Below, piece by piece: positions 1 through 9,642 of a DNA stretch of 32,000 nt. The stretch is from Candidatus Arthromitus sp. SFB-rat-Yit (GTDB taxonomy: Bacteria; Bacillota; Clostridia; Clostridiales; Clostridiaceae). The notes beneath the pieces were generated by a model. That model was not told the DNA's origin, ran no database searches, and saw only the letters and a list, made by a program, of their open reading frames with translations. The translations under genes were made by a program, and so were the position numbers. Position 1 is the first letter of the stretch; every line of letters starts with the position of its first letter. The stretch lies in the NCBI RefSeq assembly GCF_000283555.1, contig NC_016012.1:960001-992000 (forward strand). Reading direction: 5' to 3'.

Positions 1-502
1 TAAAAAAGGCGAAGTTCGTGGAGAAGTTGTATATAAAACTGAAGAGGAATTATTTGCACTATATAATAAAGAAGAATTACAAGAAAAACCTGAACAATTA
101 TCTATGCGTGGTGGTGCTAAATATTCTGATGCTGCATGTAATCTGATTCAAAGTATTTACAATAACACAGGCGATATACAATATGTAAACGTAAAAAATA
201 ACGGTGCTATATCAGACATACCAAATGATTGTGCTGTTGAGATTGCTTGCAGGATAACGGCAGATGGTCCAAAGCCAATTGCAACAGGCAATTTAAAACT
301 TCAAATAAGTGGATATATACAAATGATAAAATCATTTGAAAGAATGGTTGCTGATTGTGCTATAAGTGGAGATAGAAATCTTGCTGTTACTGCACTCAAC
401 ATGAACCCACTTTGTCCTAGTGACACTATTGCAAACATTGTTATTGATGAGCTTATCGAAGCACACAAAGAATACTTACCACAATTCAAAAAAAAGATGT
501 AG
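1..502 (+). CDS. 6-phospho-beta-glucosidase, glycoside hydrolase family 4, C-terminal part (5' end outside window)
   Basis: Reading frame 2 is open from the window edge (KKGEVRGEVVYKTEEELFALYNKEEL...) and continues into ORF 104..502. Motifs such as MRGGAKYSDAACNLIQSIYNNTGDIQYVNVKNNGAISDIPNDCAVEIACRI and MIKSFERMVADCAISGDRNLAVTALNMNPLCPSD are typical of the GH4 C-terminus. Confidence 0.9.
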   Translation, partial: KKGEVRGEVVYKTEEELFALYNKEELQEKPEQLSMRGGAKYSDAACNLIQSIYNNTGDIQYVNVKNNGAISDIPNDCAVEIACRITADGPKPIATGNLKLQISGYIQMIKSFERMVADCAISGDRNLAVTALNMNPLCPSDTIANIVIDELIEAHKEYLPQFKKKM

Positions 503-518
503 CTTAATGCTACATCTT
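494..518 (-). terminator. Rho-independent terminator of the minus-strand ula operon, overlapping both convergent stop codons
   Basis: Perfect 10-bp palindrome AAGATGTAGC-ttaat-GCTACATCTT, followed on the minus strand by a run of 8 T (A-run 488-495 on plus). Confidence 0.8.
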
Positions 519-1358
519 AAACACATCATCCAAAATATTCCTCAAAAATTTCACAGCATCCACACAAACTTCTCTCCAATTTTCATTACCAACATACCAA
601 AACTCACCATTAAACATTCTAACTCCCATTTCTCTAAGAAGTATCACATTCTCTTTGAATTCCGTATGACCACGCCCAAACTCTATTTCTCTATAATGGT
701 TAGGTATCGTTTCCTTAAGGTGTGCTGCAAATATATGACCTTTTCCACTTTTTATATCATCATTAACACTATGATTATACAAAAGGCTCGCATTTTTAAG
801 ATTCCCAATATCTGGATAAACTCCAAGATATGGACTATTAATTATATTTACATAATGCATTGCCTTCTTAACTGTGTCCATAAAACTTGTTTCCATAGTT
901 TCAAACCCAAGAATAACACCCTTAGTTGATGCAAGTTCTACGCATTTATATAAATTTTCTTCAAATATTTTTTCAGTTTCACTTGTTGATTCTTCATAAT
1001 AAACATCATACCCAGCAAGCTGTATTATTCGAACTCCTAGATCACTTGCGATATTAATAGCTTTCTCCATTATATCAAGAGATTTTTTTTGTATTTCTTT
1101 ATCCAAATGTCCTAAAGGGAATTTTCTATGAGCACTTAAACATATAGAGTTTATTTTTTGTCCACTCTCAAAAATATCATCTCTTAAAGACTTAATTTCA
1201 TGAGAAGTCCATTCAAGTCTTTTTAATTTTTCATCAGTTTCATCAATGCTCATTTCCAAATAATCAAATCCAAATTCACGATTCAAAGTTAACTTATCAA
1301 TCCAACTCAAATTTGATGGCATACTTTTTTCATACTGACCTAGCAAATAAGGTTTCAT
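510..1358 (-). CDS. ulaE: L-ribulose-5-phosphate 3-epimerase (UlaE/SgbU family)
   Basis: 282-aa ORF; MSIDETDEKLKRLEW, SICLSAHRKFPLGH, GVRIIQLAGYDVYYE, GYRV-type xylose-isomerase-like TIM barrel; gene context with ulaF, ulaABC and ulaG. Confidence 0.93.
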   Translation of the reverse strand: MKPYLLGQYEKSMPSNLSWIDKLTLNREFGFDYLEMSIDETDEKLKRLEWTSHEIKSLRDDIFESGQKINSICLSAHRKFPLGHLDKEIQKKSLDIMEKAINIASDLGVRIIQLAGYDVYYEESTSETEKIFEENLYKCVELASTKGVILGFETMETSFMDTVKKAMHYVNIINSPYLGVYPDIGNLKNASLLYNHSVNDDIKSGKGHIFAAHLKETIPNHYREIEFGRGHTEFKENVILLREMGVRMFNGEFWYVGNENWREVCVDAVKFLRNILDDVFKM

Positions 1359-1364
1359 TTAAAA

Positions 1365-2063
1365 TCACCCCTGTCCATAATAAGAGTTTGGTCCATGTTT
1401 CCTCTTAAAATGTTTATTTAAAAGTACTGTATCCATTTTTTCTAATTTATTACCTGTTAATTGATTACTCAAATATGCCATATTTGCACATTCTTCAAGT
1501 ACAACAGCATTATGAACTGCATCAAAAGCATCTTTACCCCAAGAAAAAGGTCCATGACTTTTAACAAGCACAGAAGGAACATGGTTCGCATCTATATTTC
1601 TTGTATTAAAAGTTTCAACTATAACTTTTCCAGTTTCAGCTTCATACTCTCCATTTATCTCTTTTTCATTCATATCCCTTGTGCAAGGAATATCTCCATA
1701 AAAATAATCTGCATGAGTAGTTCCCAAAGCTATTATATCTCTTCCAGCTTGTGCCCAAGCCGTAGCATATCTCGAATGAGTATGAACAACACCTCCCACA
1801 TCTTTAAAATTCTTATAAATTTCAATGTGAGTCATAAGGTCAGAACTAGGTTTTAAATTTCCTTCAATAACTTTACCATCCAAATCACAAACAACTATAT
1901 CGCTTTCTTTCATAACCTCATAATCAACACCGCTAGGTTTTATTAAAACTAATCCAGTTTCCCTATCAATTGCAGAAACATTTCCCCAAGTCATAATTAC
2001 AAGATTATATTTTGGCAATAATAAATTTGCCTCAAATACTTCTCTCTTTAAATTTTCTAACAC
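1365..2063 (-). CDS. ulaF: L-ribulose-5-phosphate 4-epimerase (UlaF/AraD family)
   Basis: 232-aa ORF; [77 protein letters not shown] class II aldolase/epimerase motifs. Confidence 0.95.
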   Translation of the reverse strand: MLENLKREVFEANLLLPKYNLVIMTWGNVSAIDRETGLVLIKPSGVDYEVMKESDIVVCDLDGKVIEGNLKPSSDLMTHIEIYKNFKDVGGVVHTHSRYATAWAQAGRDIIALGTTHADYFYGDIPCTRDMNEKEINGEYEAETGKVIVETFNTRNIDANHVPSVLVKSHGPFSWGKDAFDAVHNAVVLEECANMAYLSNQLTGNKLEKMDTVLLNKHFKRKHGPNSYYGQG

Positions 2064-2075
2064 AATAACCCCTCC

Positions 2076-3119
2076 TTAATCTTCAACAATATAAACAACA
2101 GCCTCATTTGCAGTGTGGTTTGCACTCAAAATCAAATCCCTATTACCTTCATTTACTAAATGCAGATTTGCAGGACCTACACCCTTGTCTATTATATTAG
2201 TAACAAATTTTCCATCAACATATTGAACATAAAATAACTCAGCATCTATACGTCTAACTCCTGCAATAAATGTTGGAACACCTCTCAAGGTTCCAGATGT
2301 AAGTGAATGTGCAAAATCAATTTCATTCTCATAAGTATAAACTTTTTTATACTCTCCATCTATCATCTTGTGAATATGAATTTTGTTTCCGTGAAATGCC
2401 TCTATTGTCATAATTTCCTTAACTCCATCATTATCAATATCGATTAAAGAAACCTCTCCAACCATTCCATCCATAACTTTCTCCACACTCCACTCACCTC
2501 CTAAATTTTTAGGTGGCTTAACCTTATAAAGACCATCATCACAACCAAAGTAACCGCAAACACTTCCATCTGAATCATAATCTCTAGAATATCCATGATT
2601 TCTGAACATTCCATCTCTTAAAACTTCAACTTTCAATTCTTCTTCTGGACTTTCTGGGAGAACTCCTACATAAATTTTCCCAGCACGACTCCAATCCTCT
2701 TTGTTATCTTTTAATTCAGCTATAGTTGCAACTATAAAATAATTCACATCTCCAACTCTATAAATATCAAATCTATGAATATATGGGATTTGTAAAATAT
2801 CTTTATATTCCCACTTCCCATCAACAAGTTTTCCCCAAACAACCTTAGCAAGAGATGGTGAAACTTTCATATAAAATTCTTGAATTGCAAGGAACTCTTT
2901 TTCCTTATTTGGTATCGGGATAAGTGACATACATCCCCCTGCCTTTTTCCAAAGCTCGCAATCAAATTCAAAATTTTCTCCCTTAAAACTTTCACAAATA
3001 ACATCAGGATCTTCACTTGCAAAAATGTAATGATTTACACCATCATAATTCATGCTACTAACTGCATAACATCTTTTGATATCATCTAACTTCTTTTTAG
3101 TAATCTTCATTTTAAACAC
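2076..3119 (-). CDS. Cytoplasmic VCBS/FG-GAP-like repeat (beta-propeller-like) protein of unknown function inside the ula operon
   Basis: 347-aa ORF co-directional with the ula genes, 12 bp upstream of ulaF. It has DxDxDG motifs (RDYDSDGSVCGYFG, LIDIDNDGVKEIMTIE), repeated beta-rich segments and no signal peptide. Confidence 0.65.
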   Translation of the reverse strand: MFKMKITKKKLDDIKRCYAVSSMNYDGVNHYIFASEDPDVICESFKGENFEFDCELWKKAGGCMSLIPIPNKEKEFLAIQEFYMKVSPSLAKVVWGKLVDGKWEYKDILQIPYIHRFDIYRVGDVNYFIVATIAELKDNKEDWSRAGKIYVGVLPESPEEELKVEVLRDGMFRNHGYSRDYDSDGSVCGYFGCDDGLYKVKPPKNLGGEWSVEKVMDGMVGEVSLIDIDNDGVKEIMTIEAFHGNKIHIHKMIDGEYKKVYTYENEIDFAHSLTSGTLRGVPTFIAGVRRIDAELFYVQYVDGKFVTNIIDKGVGPANLHLVNEGNRDLILSANHTANEAVVYIVED

Positions 3120-3169
3120 TCCTTAACAATTTTCAGATACAAGAAAAGCTACCTTTACGGTAGCCTTAA

Positions 3170-3478
3170 TTATTTTATACCAGCACCAAGTAAAGACTCT
3201 TCAATTTCCTTTACTGACATAACGTTTTTCAATCCAACAATTTTTGTTCCTTTTTTCTCTGCATCTTGAAACATTGGAACAAAGTTCTTAGAACATAATA
3301 CGACGTCATATTGTGATGCTAATGATTTCCCTTCTGATATTGCACAATGGTAAATTGATTGAACATCTAAACCAATTTTTTTAACAACCTTCTCAACATT
3401 TAATTTTATCATCATACTAGTTCCTGCACCATTTCCACAACAAACTAGCAATTTTAATTTTCCTGCCATAATATACAC
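3170..3478 (-). CDS. ulaB: PTS ascorbate-type transporter subunit IIB
   Basis: MAGKLKLLVCCGNGAGTSMMIKLNVEKVVKKIG: typical EIIB P-loop-like Cys motif; adjacent to the UlaA-like IIC. The likely real start is the internal ATG of MAGKLK. Confidence 0.93.
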   Translation of the reverse strand: MYIMAGKLKLLVCCGNGAGTSMMIKLNVEKVVKKIGLDVQSIYHCAISEGKSLASQYDVVLCSKNFVPMFQDAEKKGTKIVGLKNVMSVKEIEESLLGAGIK

Positions 3479-3483
3479 CTCAA

Positions 3484-4938
3484 TTATTTATTAGTCTTTT
3501 CTTTATAAGCTTCCCAATCTTCAACAATCAAGAAATAAGTATCTGGTCTTTTACGATATTGAAGCTGTGGAATAATAATTAGAATTAGAACAACTATAGC
3601 TATTCCAATATATCCAGCAAACTTCATAATAACTGTAAATATTGGCCATACAGTAGCCCAGTCAAACATTCCTATATATCCTCCAAATGCCGCAAGTCCA
3701 ACCCATCCTGCAATAAGAGCTGAGCCAAATACTTGTATAAGTCCAGATATAAATGGAAATAACATCGCTGCTCTTATTCCTCCGCGGTTATCTGCATAAA
3801 CAGCTATTACCGCATTATCAAAGAATAAAGGCACAAATCCCGCGATAATAAGCGTTGGAGATTTAATAAGTAAAAGGATTAAAATAGCCAAAAATTGTCC
3901 TAATGCTCCCATAATAAATCCAACAGTTACTGCATTAGAAGAACCAAATCCAAACACTGCAGCACAATCGATTCCTGGAACAGATCCTGGTAAGAATGAA
4001 TTTGAAATTCCTTGGAAAGATTGAGTAAGTTCTGTTACAAACGTCCTAACTCCAAGTTGCAATATCGATAAATAAACTGCAAAGTTTAATGAAGTTGTTA
4101 ATGTATAGAAGAAGAAATTATCACTCGCACTAAGGAATTGAGATTGAACTAAATAATCTTTTCCCAAAACTGCAAGTATAATTCCAAAGAACACGAACAT
4201 TAAACATGAAGTCGCAACTATATTTTCATTAAATATTGATAAAAATCCTGGAAACTTTATGTCATCAAGTTTCTTACCGTCGGCTCTCTTAAGTTTCTCT
4301 GCGAGTTTTGAGAAAATAGCTATTCCAAACATTTGTTGGTGAGCTATACAAAACCCTCCACCATCAGTTAATTCTTGAGTAATCTCAACTGTTAAGTTTG
4401 AACCAACAGCCCAGTAAAGTCCCAATATAATTCCCATTGTTATAAGTATCCAAACATCATTTAAAAATGGGAAACAAAATAGTATAAGCCAAAAAGCAGT
4501 TGATGCCTGTTGTACTTGAACGTGACCTGTTGTAAATACCGCTCTCATTTTTGTATATTTTTTAAATTTAACCAACAATAAATTCATTATAAAAGCAATC
4601 AACAACAATATTAAAACATTAGAAAAAGTTCTACCAAAAACTGGTGACAAACCTGCATTTACAGCATTCTGTCCAAAATAAGGATCAATAACAGCTGCAC
4701 TTAAATTAAATCTCTCTTTAAGTCCAACAAGAATTGGTCTAAAATTATTTACAAGTCCTGATGATCCAACCGATAAGATCATATATCCAACGGTAGCTTT
4801 TATAAAACCAGAAAATGCATCATATACAGGTTTTTTTAACAATAAATAACCAATTAAAACCATAAAACCTATAAGATAAGCTGGCTTAGTTAAAATATTG
4901 TTCGCAAAAAATTCCCAAATACCAATTAAAAATTCCAT
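3484..4938 (-). CDS. ulaA: PTS ascorbate transporter subunit IIC
   Basis: 484-aa polytopic protein; FFANNILTKPAYLIGFMVLIGYLLLKKP, GHVQVQQASTAFWL, PGSVPGIDCAAVFGFGSSNAVTVGFIMGALGQ are characteristic of the UlaA/SgaT family. Confidence 0.95.
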   Translation of the reverse strand: MEFLIGIWEFFANNILTKPAYLIGFMVLIGYLLLKKPVYDAFSGFIKATVGYMILSVGSSGLVNNFRPILVGLKERFNLSAAVIDPYFGQNAVNAGLSPVFGRTFSNVLILLLIAFIMNLLLVKFKKYTKMRAVFTTGHVQVQQASTAFWLILFCFPFLNDVWILITMGIILGLYWAVGSNLTVEITQELTDGGGFCIAHQQMFGIAIFSKLAEKLKRADGKKLDDIKFPGFLSIFNENIVATSCLMFVFFGIILAVLGKDYLVQSQFLSASDNFFFYTLTTSLNFAVYLSILQLGVRTFVTELTQSFQGISNSFLPGSVPGIDCAAVFGFGSSNAVTVGFIMGALGQFLAILILLLIKSPTLIIAGFVPLFFDNAVIAVYADNRGGIRAAMLFPFISGLIQVFGSALIAGWVGLAAFGGYIGMFDWATVWPIFTVIMKFAGYIGIAIVVLILIIIPQLQYRKRPDTYFLIVEDWEAYKEKTNK

Positions 4939-4948
4939 AATAATACTC

Positions 4949-5410
4949 CTATTTGTATTTATCTACAATTTTTCGGAACTCCTGTTCATTATCAGCCTCT
5001 AAAAGTTCTGATACCAATTCTTCATTTTCCAATACTTCCATTAAACCTTGTAAATTTTTAATGTGCTCCTCGTTATCCCGTATTGAAAGTGAAAAAAATA
5101 ATCGTGCCTGCTTTTCACTATCATTGGGATCAAATATTACTGGTTTTTTCACTTTCATGAAAGCTATACTAGTTTCTTTACACCAATCTTCATTTACATT
5201 TGAATGGGGCATCGCTATATCTTTCATAAGAACGATATAAGGTCCATATTCTTCTACACTTTTAATAACAGCATCTACATAAAAATCGTTTACAATTCCA
5301 TTTTTAAGAAACGGAACATAACTAGCTTTAATTGCTTCTCTCCAATCGTCAAAACTTTCATGAAATGAATAATAAGATTTATCTAATATTTTTTTTAGCA
5401 CTAAAATCAT
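4949..5410 (-). CDS. ulaC: PTS ascorbate-type transporter subunit IIA
   Basis: 153-aa ORF; EYGPYIVLMKDIAMPHSNVNEDWCKETSIAFMKVKKPVIF contains the EIIA(fructose/mannitol-type) phospho-His PH motif; operon context. Confidence 0.92.
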   Translation of the reverse strand: MILVLKKILDKSYYSFHESFDDWREAIKASYVPFLKNGIVNDFYVDAVIKSVEEYGPYIVLMKDIAMPHSNVNEDWCKETSIAFMKVKKPVIFDPNDSEKQARLFFSLSIRDNEEHIKNLQGLMEVLENEELVSELLEADNEQEFRKIVDKYK

Positions 5411-5413
5411 CTC

Positions 5414-6490
5414 CTATAAAATTGAACGGAATGGAACGTTAGGTTCATCTGTGAAACAATCTTCAAAACCTCTTCTATAATGATACTGACGCTTATCTTT
5501 ATCATTTGGATAAATAAATTTTCCTCCAACATCCCAAATAAATGGTTTAAACTTATATTGAAGTACATCTTTCTTGTACTCATAAAGCATATTAACTTCT
5601 TGAGGATCAGCTTTAAAATTAGTCCAAACATCATAATGGAAAGGAATTACAACCTTGCATTGAAGTGCTTCAGCCATACGCAATACGTCAATTGATGTCA
5701 TTTTATCTTGATTTCCAATAGGATTTTCCCCAAAAGATCCAAGAGCAACGTCTATTTCATAATCTTTCCCATGTTTTGCGTAATACACAGAATAATGTGA
5801 ATCTCCACTATGGTATATACTTCCAGCATCAGTCTTTATTAAATAGTTAACAGCTTTTTCATCCATATCAGTTGGACAAACTCCTCTGATATCTTCATCA
5901 GCAGTAACCAAACAAGTTCTATCAAAACTATCTAAAACTACAATTTCAACCTCATTTATCTTAACTACATCACCAGGTTTAACTTCAACACATCTATCAG
6001 CAGGCACTCCATAAGAAAGCCACTTCTCTATACATTTTTTAGGTCCAATGAATGGAACTTTTTTCTCAACATTTTTCATAACTGCAGCTGCATAAAAAGG
6101 ATCTATATGATCGTTATGGTAATGTGTGGATAAAACTGCATCAACATTTTTAACAGCAAATGGATCAAATACAATTGGAGCTGCCCTTAAATTAGGCTGA
6201 GTTGCTCTACCACCCGTCATATTTCTCATTTGATGATACTTATCCATTTCTTTAACTTTTTTACTTCTTTTACCATTTCCAAACCATAAATCGATTGAGA
6301 TATTAGTATTTTGATGAGTTTTAACCCAAATACCTGTACACCCAATCCACCACATTGCAAATGTTCCTTTTTCTACAACTTCTTCATCTATCTCTTCATT
6401 AAGCCAAGTTCCCCACTCAGGAAATGCCCCAAGTATCCAAGACTCTCTAGTTATTTCATCTATCTTACTCAATTTAAACACCCCTAACAT
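5414..6490 (-). CDS. ulaG: L-ascorbate-6-phosphate lactonase
   Basis: 358-aa metallo-beta-lactamase fold; [75 protein letters not shown]; first gene of the ula operon. Confidence 0.95.
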   Translation of the reverse strand: MLGVFKLSKIDEITRESWILGAFPEWGTWLNEEIDEEVVEKGTFAMWWIGCTGIWVKTHQNTNISIDLWFGNGKRSKKVKEMDKYHQMRNMTGGRATQPNLRAAPIVFDPFAVKNVDAVLSTHYHNDHIDPFYAAAVMKNVEKKVPFIGPKKCIEKWLSYGVPADRCVEVKPGDVVKINEVEIVVLDSFDRTCLVTADEDIRGVCPTDMDEKAVNYLIKTDAGSIYHSGDSHYSVYYAKHGKDYEIDVALGSFGENPIGNQDKMTSIDVLRMAEALQCKVVIPFHYDVWTNFKADPQEVNMLYEYKKDVLQYKFKPFIWDVGGKFIYPNDKDKRQYHYRRGFEDCFTDEPNVPFRSIL

Positions 6491-6611
6491 TTATTATATA
6501 TATTTTAAATTTACTATAAGACATTGTCTAAATTCAATTGTTTTTAAGAACATTTTTATTTTTATATGATCATTTTTATTTAATCAATTGTTAATAATAA
6601 TATAATAATAT

Positions 6612-6642
6612 TTGACAAACCATAATTTTAAACAGTTATAAT
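6612..6642 (+). promoter_or_regulatory. Possible sigma-A promoter for the deoR-family regulator
   Basis: TTGACA (6612-6617) and TATAAT (6637-6642), both consensus boxes but with a long 19-bp spacer, upstream of the regulator and divergent from ulaG. Confidence 0.4.
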
Positions 6643-6689
6643 AAAATTAATCATAAGTGCAATGGTACAATTATTTATTTGATAAAGTG

Positions 6690-7445
6690 GTGAGTATTTT
6701 GAAAATATCCAAGAAAATAATCAATACTCGTAGAGGCAAAATACTAATGGAAATACAAACCTCCGACAAAGTATTCGTAAACACTCTTTCTAAAAAACTT
6801 AAAGTATCCCCTCTAACAATTAGACGTGATTTACAAGTACTTGAAGACAATGGTTTTATTGAGAGATTCTATGGAGGTGCAAAATTTAAAAACAAAAATT
6901 TATACATAAAAGAAAGGAAGGATTATATTGATTCAATCGCAAAAATAGCTTCAAATTATGTTGAGGATAATGATATTATTTTTGTAAACACTAGTAAAAT
7001 AACTTTAAAAATGCTTGAATATATACACAATAAAAATGTAAATGTTATCACAAATAACGCAAACGCTATACTCATAAATAATCCAAACATATCAGTTATT
7101 TTAACTGGCGGTGATTTAAACACAAACAAAAAATCATTAACTGGTGAACTTGCAGTTAGAACATTGAATAATATTATTGCCACTAAATGCTTTCTTGGAT
7201 GCAGTGGAATCACTACAAATGGATTTACCTCAATAATCCCACAAGAAGCCTGCGTAAATGAATGCATGATTAAAAGATGTATTGGAAATGTATTTATCTT
7301 AGCCGAAACTTCAAAAATCGGACGTGAATGTAACTTTTTAAGTGGTACGATAAATATGATAAATACTTTAATAACTGACTCTTCTCCATCCGATGAACTC
7401 ATAAATATCCAAAAAAAGGGTATAAAAATAATTTATTCCCATTAA
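6690..7445 (+). CDS. DeoR/GlpR-family transcriptional regulator, divergent to the ula operon
   Basis: ORF 6657..7445; GTG at 6690 or TTG at 6699 are likelier starts. It has an N-terminal HTH (VNTLSKKLKVSPLTIRRDLQVLEDNGFIERFYGGA) and a C-terminal sugar-phosphate-sensing domain (VITNNANAILINNPNISVILTGGDLN...GCSGITTNGFTS). Confidence 0.9.
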   Translation: MSILKISKKIINTRRGKILMEIQTSDKVFVNTLSKKLKVSPLTIRRDLQVLEDNGFIERFYGGAKFKNKNLYIKERKDYIDSIAKIASNYVEDNDIIFVNTSKITLKMLEYIHNKNVNVITNNANAILINNPNISVILTGGDLNTNKKSLTGELAVRTLNNIIATKCFLGCSGITTNGFTSIIPQEACVNECMIKRCIGNVFILAETSKIGRECNFLSGTINMINTLITDSSPSDELINIQKKGIKIIYSH

Positions 7446-7453
7446 AAACACCA

Positions 7454-7484
7454 AAAAGAGTATTTGAAAAACAAATACTCTTTT
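7454..7484. terminator. Bidirectional Rho-independent terminator between convergent genes
   Basis: 13-bp stem AAAAGAGTATTTG (7454-7466) / CAAATACTCTTTT (7472-7484) with a 5-nt loop, located just after the deoR stop and before the end of the convergent ORF. Confidence 0.85.
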
Positions 7485-7495
7485 AATTTATAATT

Positions 7496-7756
7496 TTATT
7501 TTTTCCATCTCTTAATTTTAGTTTTTCCATCTTTAGTGCTAGAAATTTTTTGTACAAAGCCCTTAACTTGATCAAAAATATCCATTGCTATCTTTTTGTT
7601 ATTTTCATTTGTAACAACTGCTTTTGCTTTTCTAAAAATTTCTTTTACAGAAAATTTATCATATCCTATGGTATGAACAACATTTCTCTTTGGTTTTTTC
7701 TTAGATTTACTATCGATGATTTTCCTTAACTCAGATATATCAAATTTAAAATTCAT
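7496..7756 (-). CDS. Hypothetical small basic protein (86 aa)
   Basis: Co-directional ORF 15 bp downstream of cutC; Lys-rich; no recognised domain. Confidence 0.6.
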   Translation of the reverse strand: MNFKFDISELRKIIDSKSKKKPKRNVVHTIGYDKFSVKEIFRKAKAVVTNENNKKIAMDIFDQVKGFVQKISSTKDGKTKIKRWKK

Positions 7757-7771
7757 AACTATACTTCTCCT

Positions 7772-8530
7772 CTATTTTTCAGAGTAATTATTTAAAATAT
7801 TTTTTGCTTTTCTTATCTCATCTTCGTTCGTTACCCACAATTCATATTCACTTAACCCTTGTACACCCATACTCACATTGCTATTTCTAAATTTCATTCC
7901 ACTATCCAAAACCTGTTTAGCTGACATATGAAACGCTTTAACTTTGGTTTTCAATAAAAATTCCTTCATCACATCTGTATTCATACCTGAACCTGCCATT
8001 ATAGAAATTTTACCACTCGATTTTTCATTCAAATTATTTATTAAATCAATTCCATTTAAACAATTATTTTGTTGCCCAGAAGTCAAAATTGTATGAATTC
8101 CAAGATCTATTGATTGATTCAACACTTCAAATGGATCTCGACAAACATCAAAAGCTCTATGAAGTACGATATTTATATTCCCACTAACTTCCTTTATCTC
8201 TTTCATAAAATCATAATCAAGTTCCCCATTACTTTTTAATGCTCCTACAACAATTCCATCAGCTCCAGCATCACGAAATAGTTCGACCTCATATTTCATA
8301 ATATTTTTTTCATAATTTGTATATAAAAAATCTCCAAATCTAGGTCTTAAAAGAACATGGATAGGTATATTAGATATCTTTCTAATTTCTTTAAACAAGA
8401 ATATACTCGGACTCGTCCCCCCAATTATCAAATTCGCACAAAGCTCTAGTCTATCTGCACCGCCATTTATTGCATTTATAGCTGATTCAACACTATCAAT
8501 ACAACACTCCAAAATAAATTTATTTTTCAT
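7772..8530 (-). CDS. cutC: CutC family protein (copper homeostasis protein CutC)
   Basis: 252-aa TIM barrel; LECCIDSVESAINAINGGADRLELCANLIIGGTSPS, IHVLLRPRFGDFLYTNYE, GADGIVVGALKSNGELD, ILTSGQ, IMAGSGMN, FHMSAKQ. Confidence 0.95.
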   Translation of the reverse strand: MKNKFILECCIDSVESAINAINGGADRLELCANLIIGGTSPSIFLFKEIRKISNIPIHVLLRPRFGDFLYTNYEKNIMKYEVELFRDAGADGIVVGALKSNGELDYDFMKEIKEVSGNINIVLHRAFDVCRDPFEVLNQSIDLGIHTILTSGQQNNCLNGIDLINNLNEKSSGKISIMAGSGMNTDVMKEFLLKTKVKAFHMSAKQVLDSGMKFRNSNVSMGVQGLSEYELWVTNEDEIRKAKNILNNYSEK

Positions 8531-8640
8531 GTAAAAGCCCTCTCACAATTAAAGATATCATTAATAATAAGATACTTTAAAATGAGGATGTTTTAAAGTA
8601 TAATTTAAATTAAAATTATATAATTTTGAGGTCACAATAC

Positions 8641-8997
8641 ATGAAATATATTTATATATTCTTAGGGGGTTTATTTTTTATAATTGGAGTAATTGGAATA
8701 GCTCTACCTTTAATACCAACAACTCCCCTATTTCTATTAACACTAGTTTGTTTTACAAAATCTTCTCCCAAACTTGAAAAAAAATTTATCGAATCTAAAT
8801 TCTACAAAAAATATCTAGAAGACTTCATGAAAAATAAAAGACTTCCTCTAAAACGCAAAATATTTTTGTTATGTTTGGCTACAACCATGATGTCTTTTCC
8901 CTTAATAATACTTGATAACCTAATAATTAAACTTATAGTTATAATACTACTTGCATATCTTTATTACTATTTTTTATTCAAAATAAAAAATTATTGA
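8641..8997 (+). CDS. YbaN/DUF454 family small membrane protein
   Basis: MKYIYIFLGGLFFIIGVIGIALPLIPTTPLFLLTLVCFTKSSPKLEKKFIESKFYKKYLEDF; RBS GAGG upstream of the ATG at 8641. Confidence 0.88.
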   Translation: MKYIYIFLGGLFFIIGVIGIALPLIPTTPLFLLTLVCFTKSSPKLEKKFIESKFYKKYLEDFMKNKRLPLKRKIFLLCLATTMMSFPLIILDNLIIKLIVIILLAYLYYYFLFKIKNY

Positions 8998-9050
8998 GAC
9001 CATAATTCTTTTAATGTATAATTAGGAATATAGTAAATTTAAGGAGGTTA

Positions 9051-9488
9051 ATGATGTTAGATTTTAAAGTTAAAAGTATAATAAAAGACTGCGTTCCAGT
9101 ATTAAGAGAACGTGGAGTTGAATTAACAGAAAATTTTTATGATTTAATGTTCACCAACAATCCAGAAGTTAGACCTCTTTTTGATGAAGATAGACAAAAA
9201 AGTGGTAAACAAGCTAAAGCCTTAGCTGCTTCGCTTCTTGCGGTTGCTCAAAATATCGATGACTTAGAAAAAATTCTTCCAACTGTTAAAAAAATTGGAG
9301 AATCTCATGTTAAAGCAAAAGTTTTACCTGAACACTACCCAATAGTTGGAAAAAATCTCTTATTAGCAATCAAAAAAACTTTAGGTGATGCTGCAACAGA
9401 TGATGTTATTAATGCATTTTCTGAAGTTTACACATATATTTCTAAAATATTTATAGACGTAGAAAAGGAACTTTATAATAATCTTTAA
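9051..9488 (+). CDS. Single-domain bacterial globin (flavohemoglobin-type globin domain without a reductase domain)
   Basis: RBS AAGGAGG before tandem ATGs; VKSIIKDCVPVLRERGVELTENFYDLMFTNNPEVRPLFDEDRQKSGKQAKALAASLLAVAQNIDDLEKILPTVKKIGESHVKAKVLPEHYPIVGKNLLLAIKK. Plausible proximal His and the CD-region Phe pattern of the FHb/Vgb family; ends after about 145 aa. Confidence 0.9.
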   Translation: MMLDFKVKSIIKDCVPVLRERGVELTENFYDLMFTNNPEVRPLFDEDRQKSGKQAKALAASLLAVAQNIDDLEKILPTVKKIGESHVKAKVLPEHYPIVGKNLLLAIKKTLGDAATDDVINAFSEVYTYISKIFIDVEKELYNNL

Positions 9489-9495
9489 CATAGTA

Positions 9496-9534
9496 AAGAG
9501 GAACAATTAATTATTTTTATTAATTGTTCCTCTT
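9496..9534 (+). terminator. Rho-independent terminator of the globin gene
   Basis: 15-bp perfect stem AAGAGGAACAATTAA / TTAATTGTTCCTCTT, followed shortly by a T-run. Confidence 0.85.
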
Positions 9535-9642
9535 ATCATTTTTTAGACAATTAAAGTTGTATTGAATATCTTTTTGTTGTAAAATCCAAAATATAAATAA
9601 ACAATTACCTAATTTTTTTTAAATATAAGGGGGATACACATA

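Noticed and set aside
420-929. 169-aa plus-strand ORF
   Set aside because: Antisense to ulaE, which has strong family support; low-complexity translation, no RBS.
1461-1856. 131-aa plus-strand ORF
   Set aside because: Antisense to ulaF (strong homology); spurious.
6956-7402. 148-aa minus-strand ORF
   Set aside because: Antisense to the DeoR-family regulator, whose protein motifs are clear.
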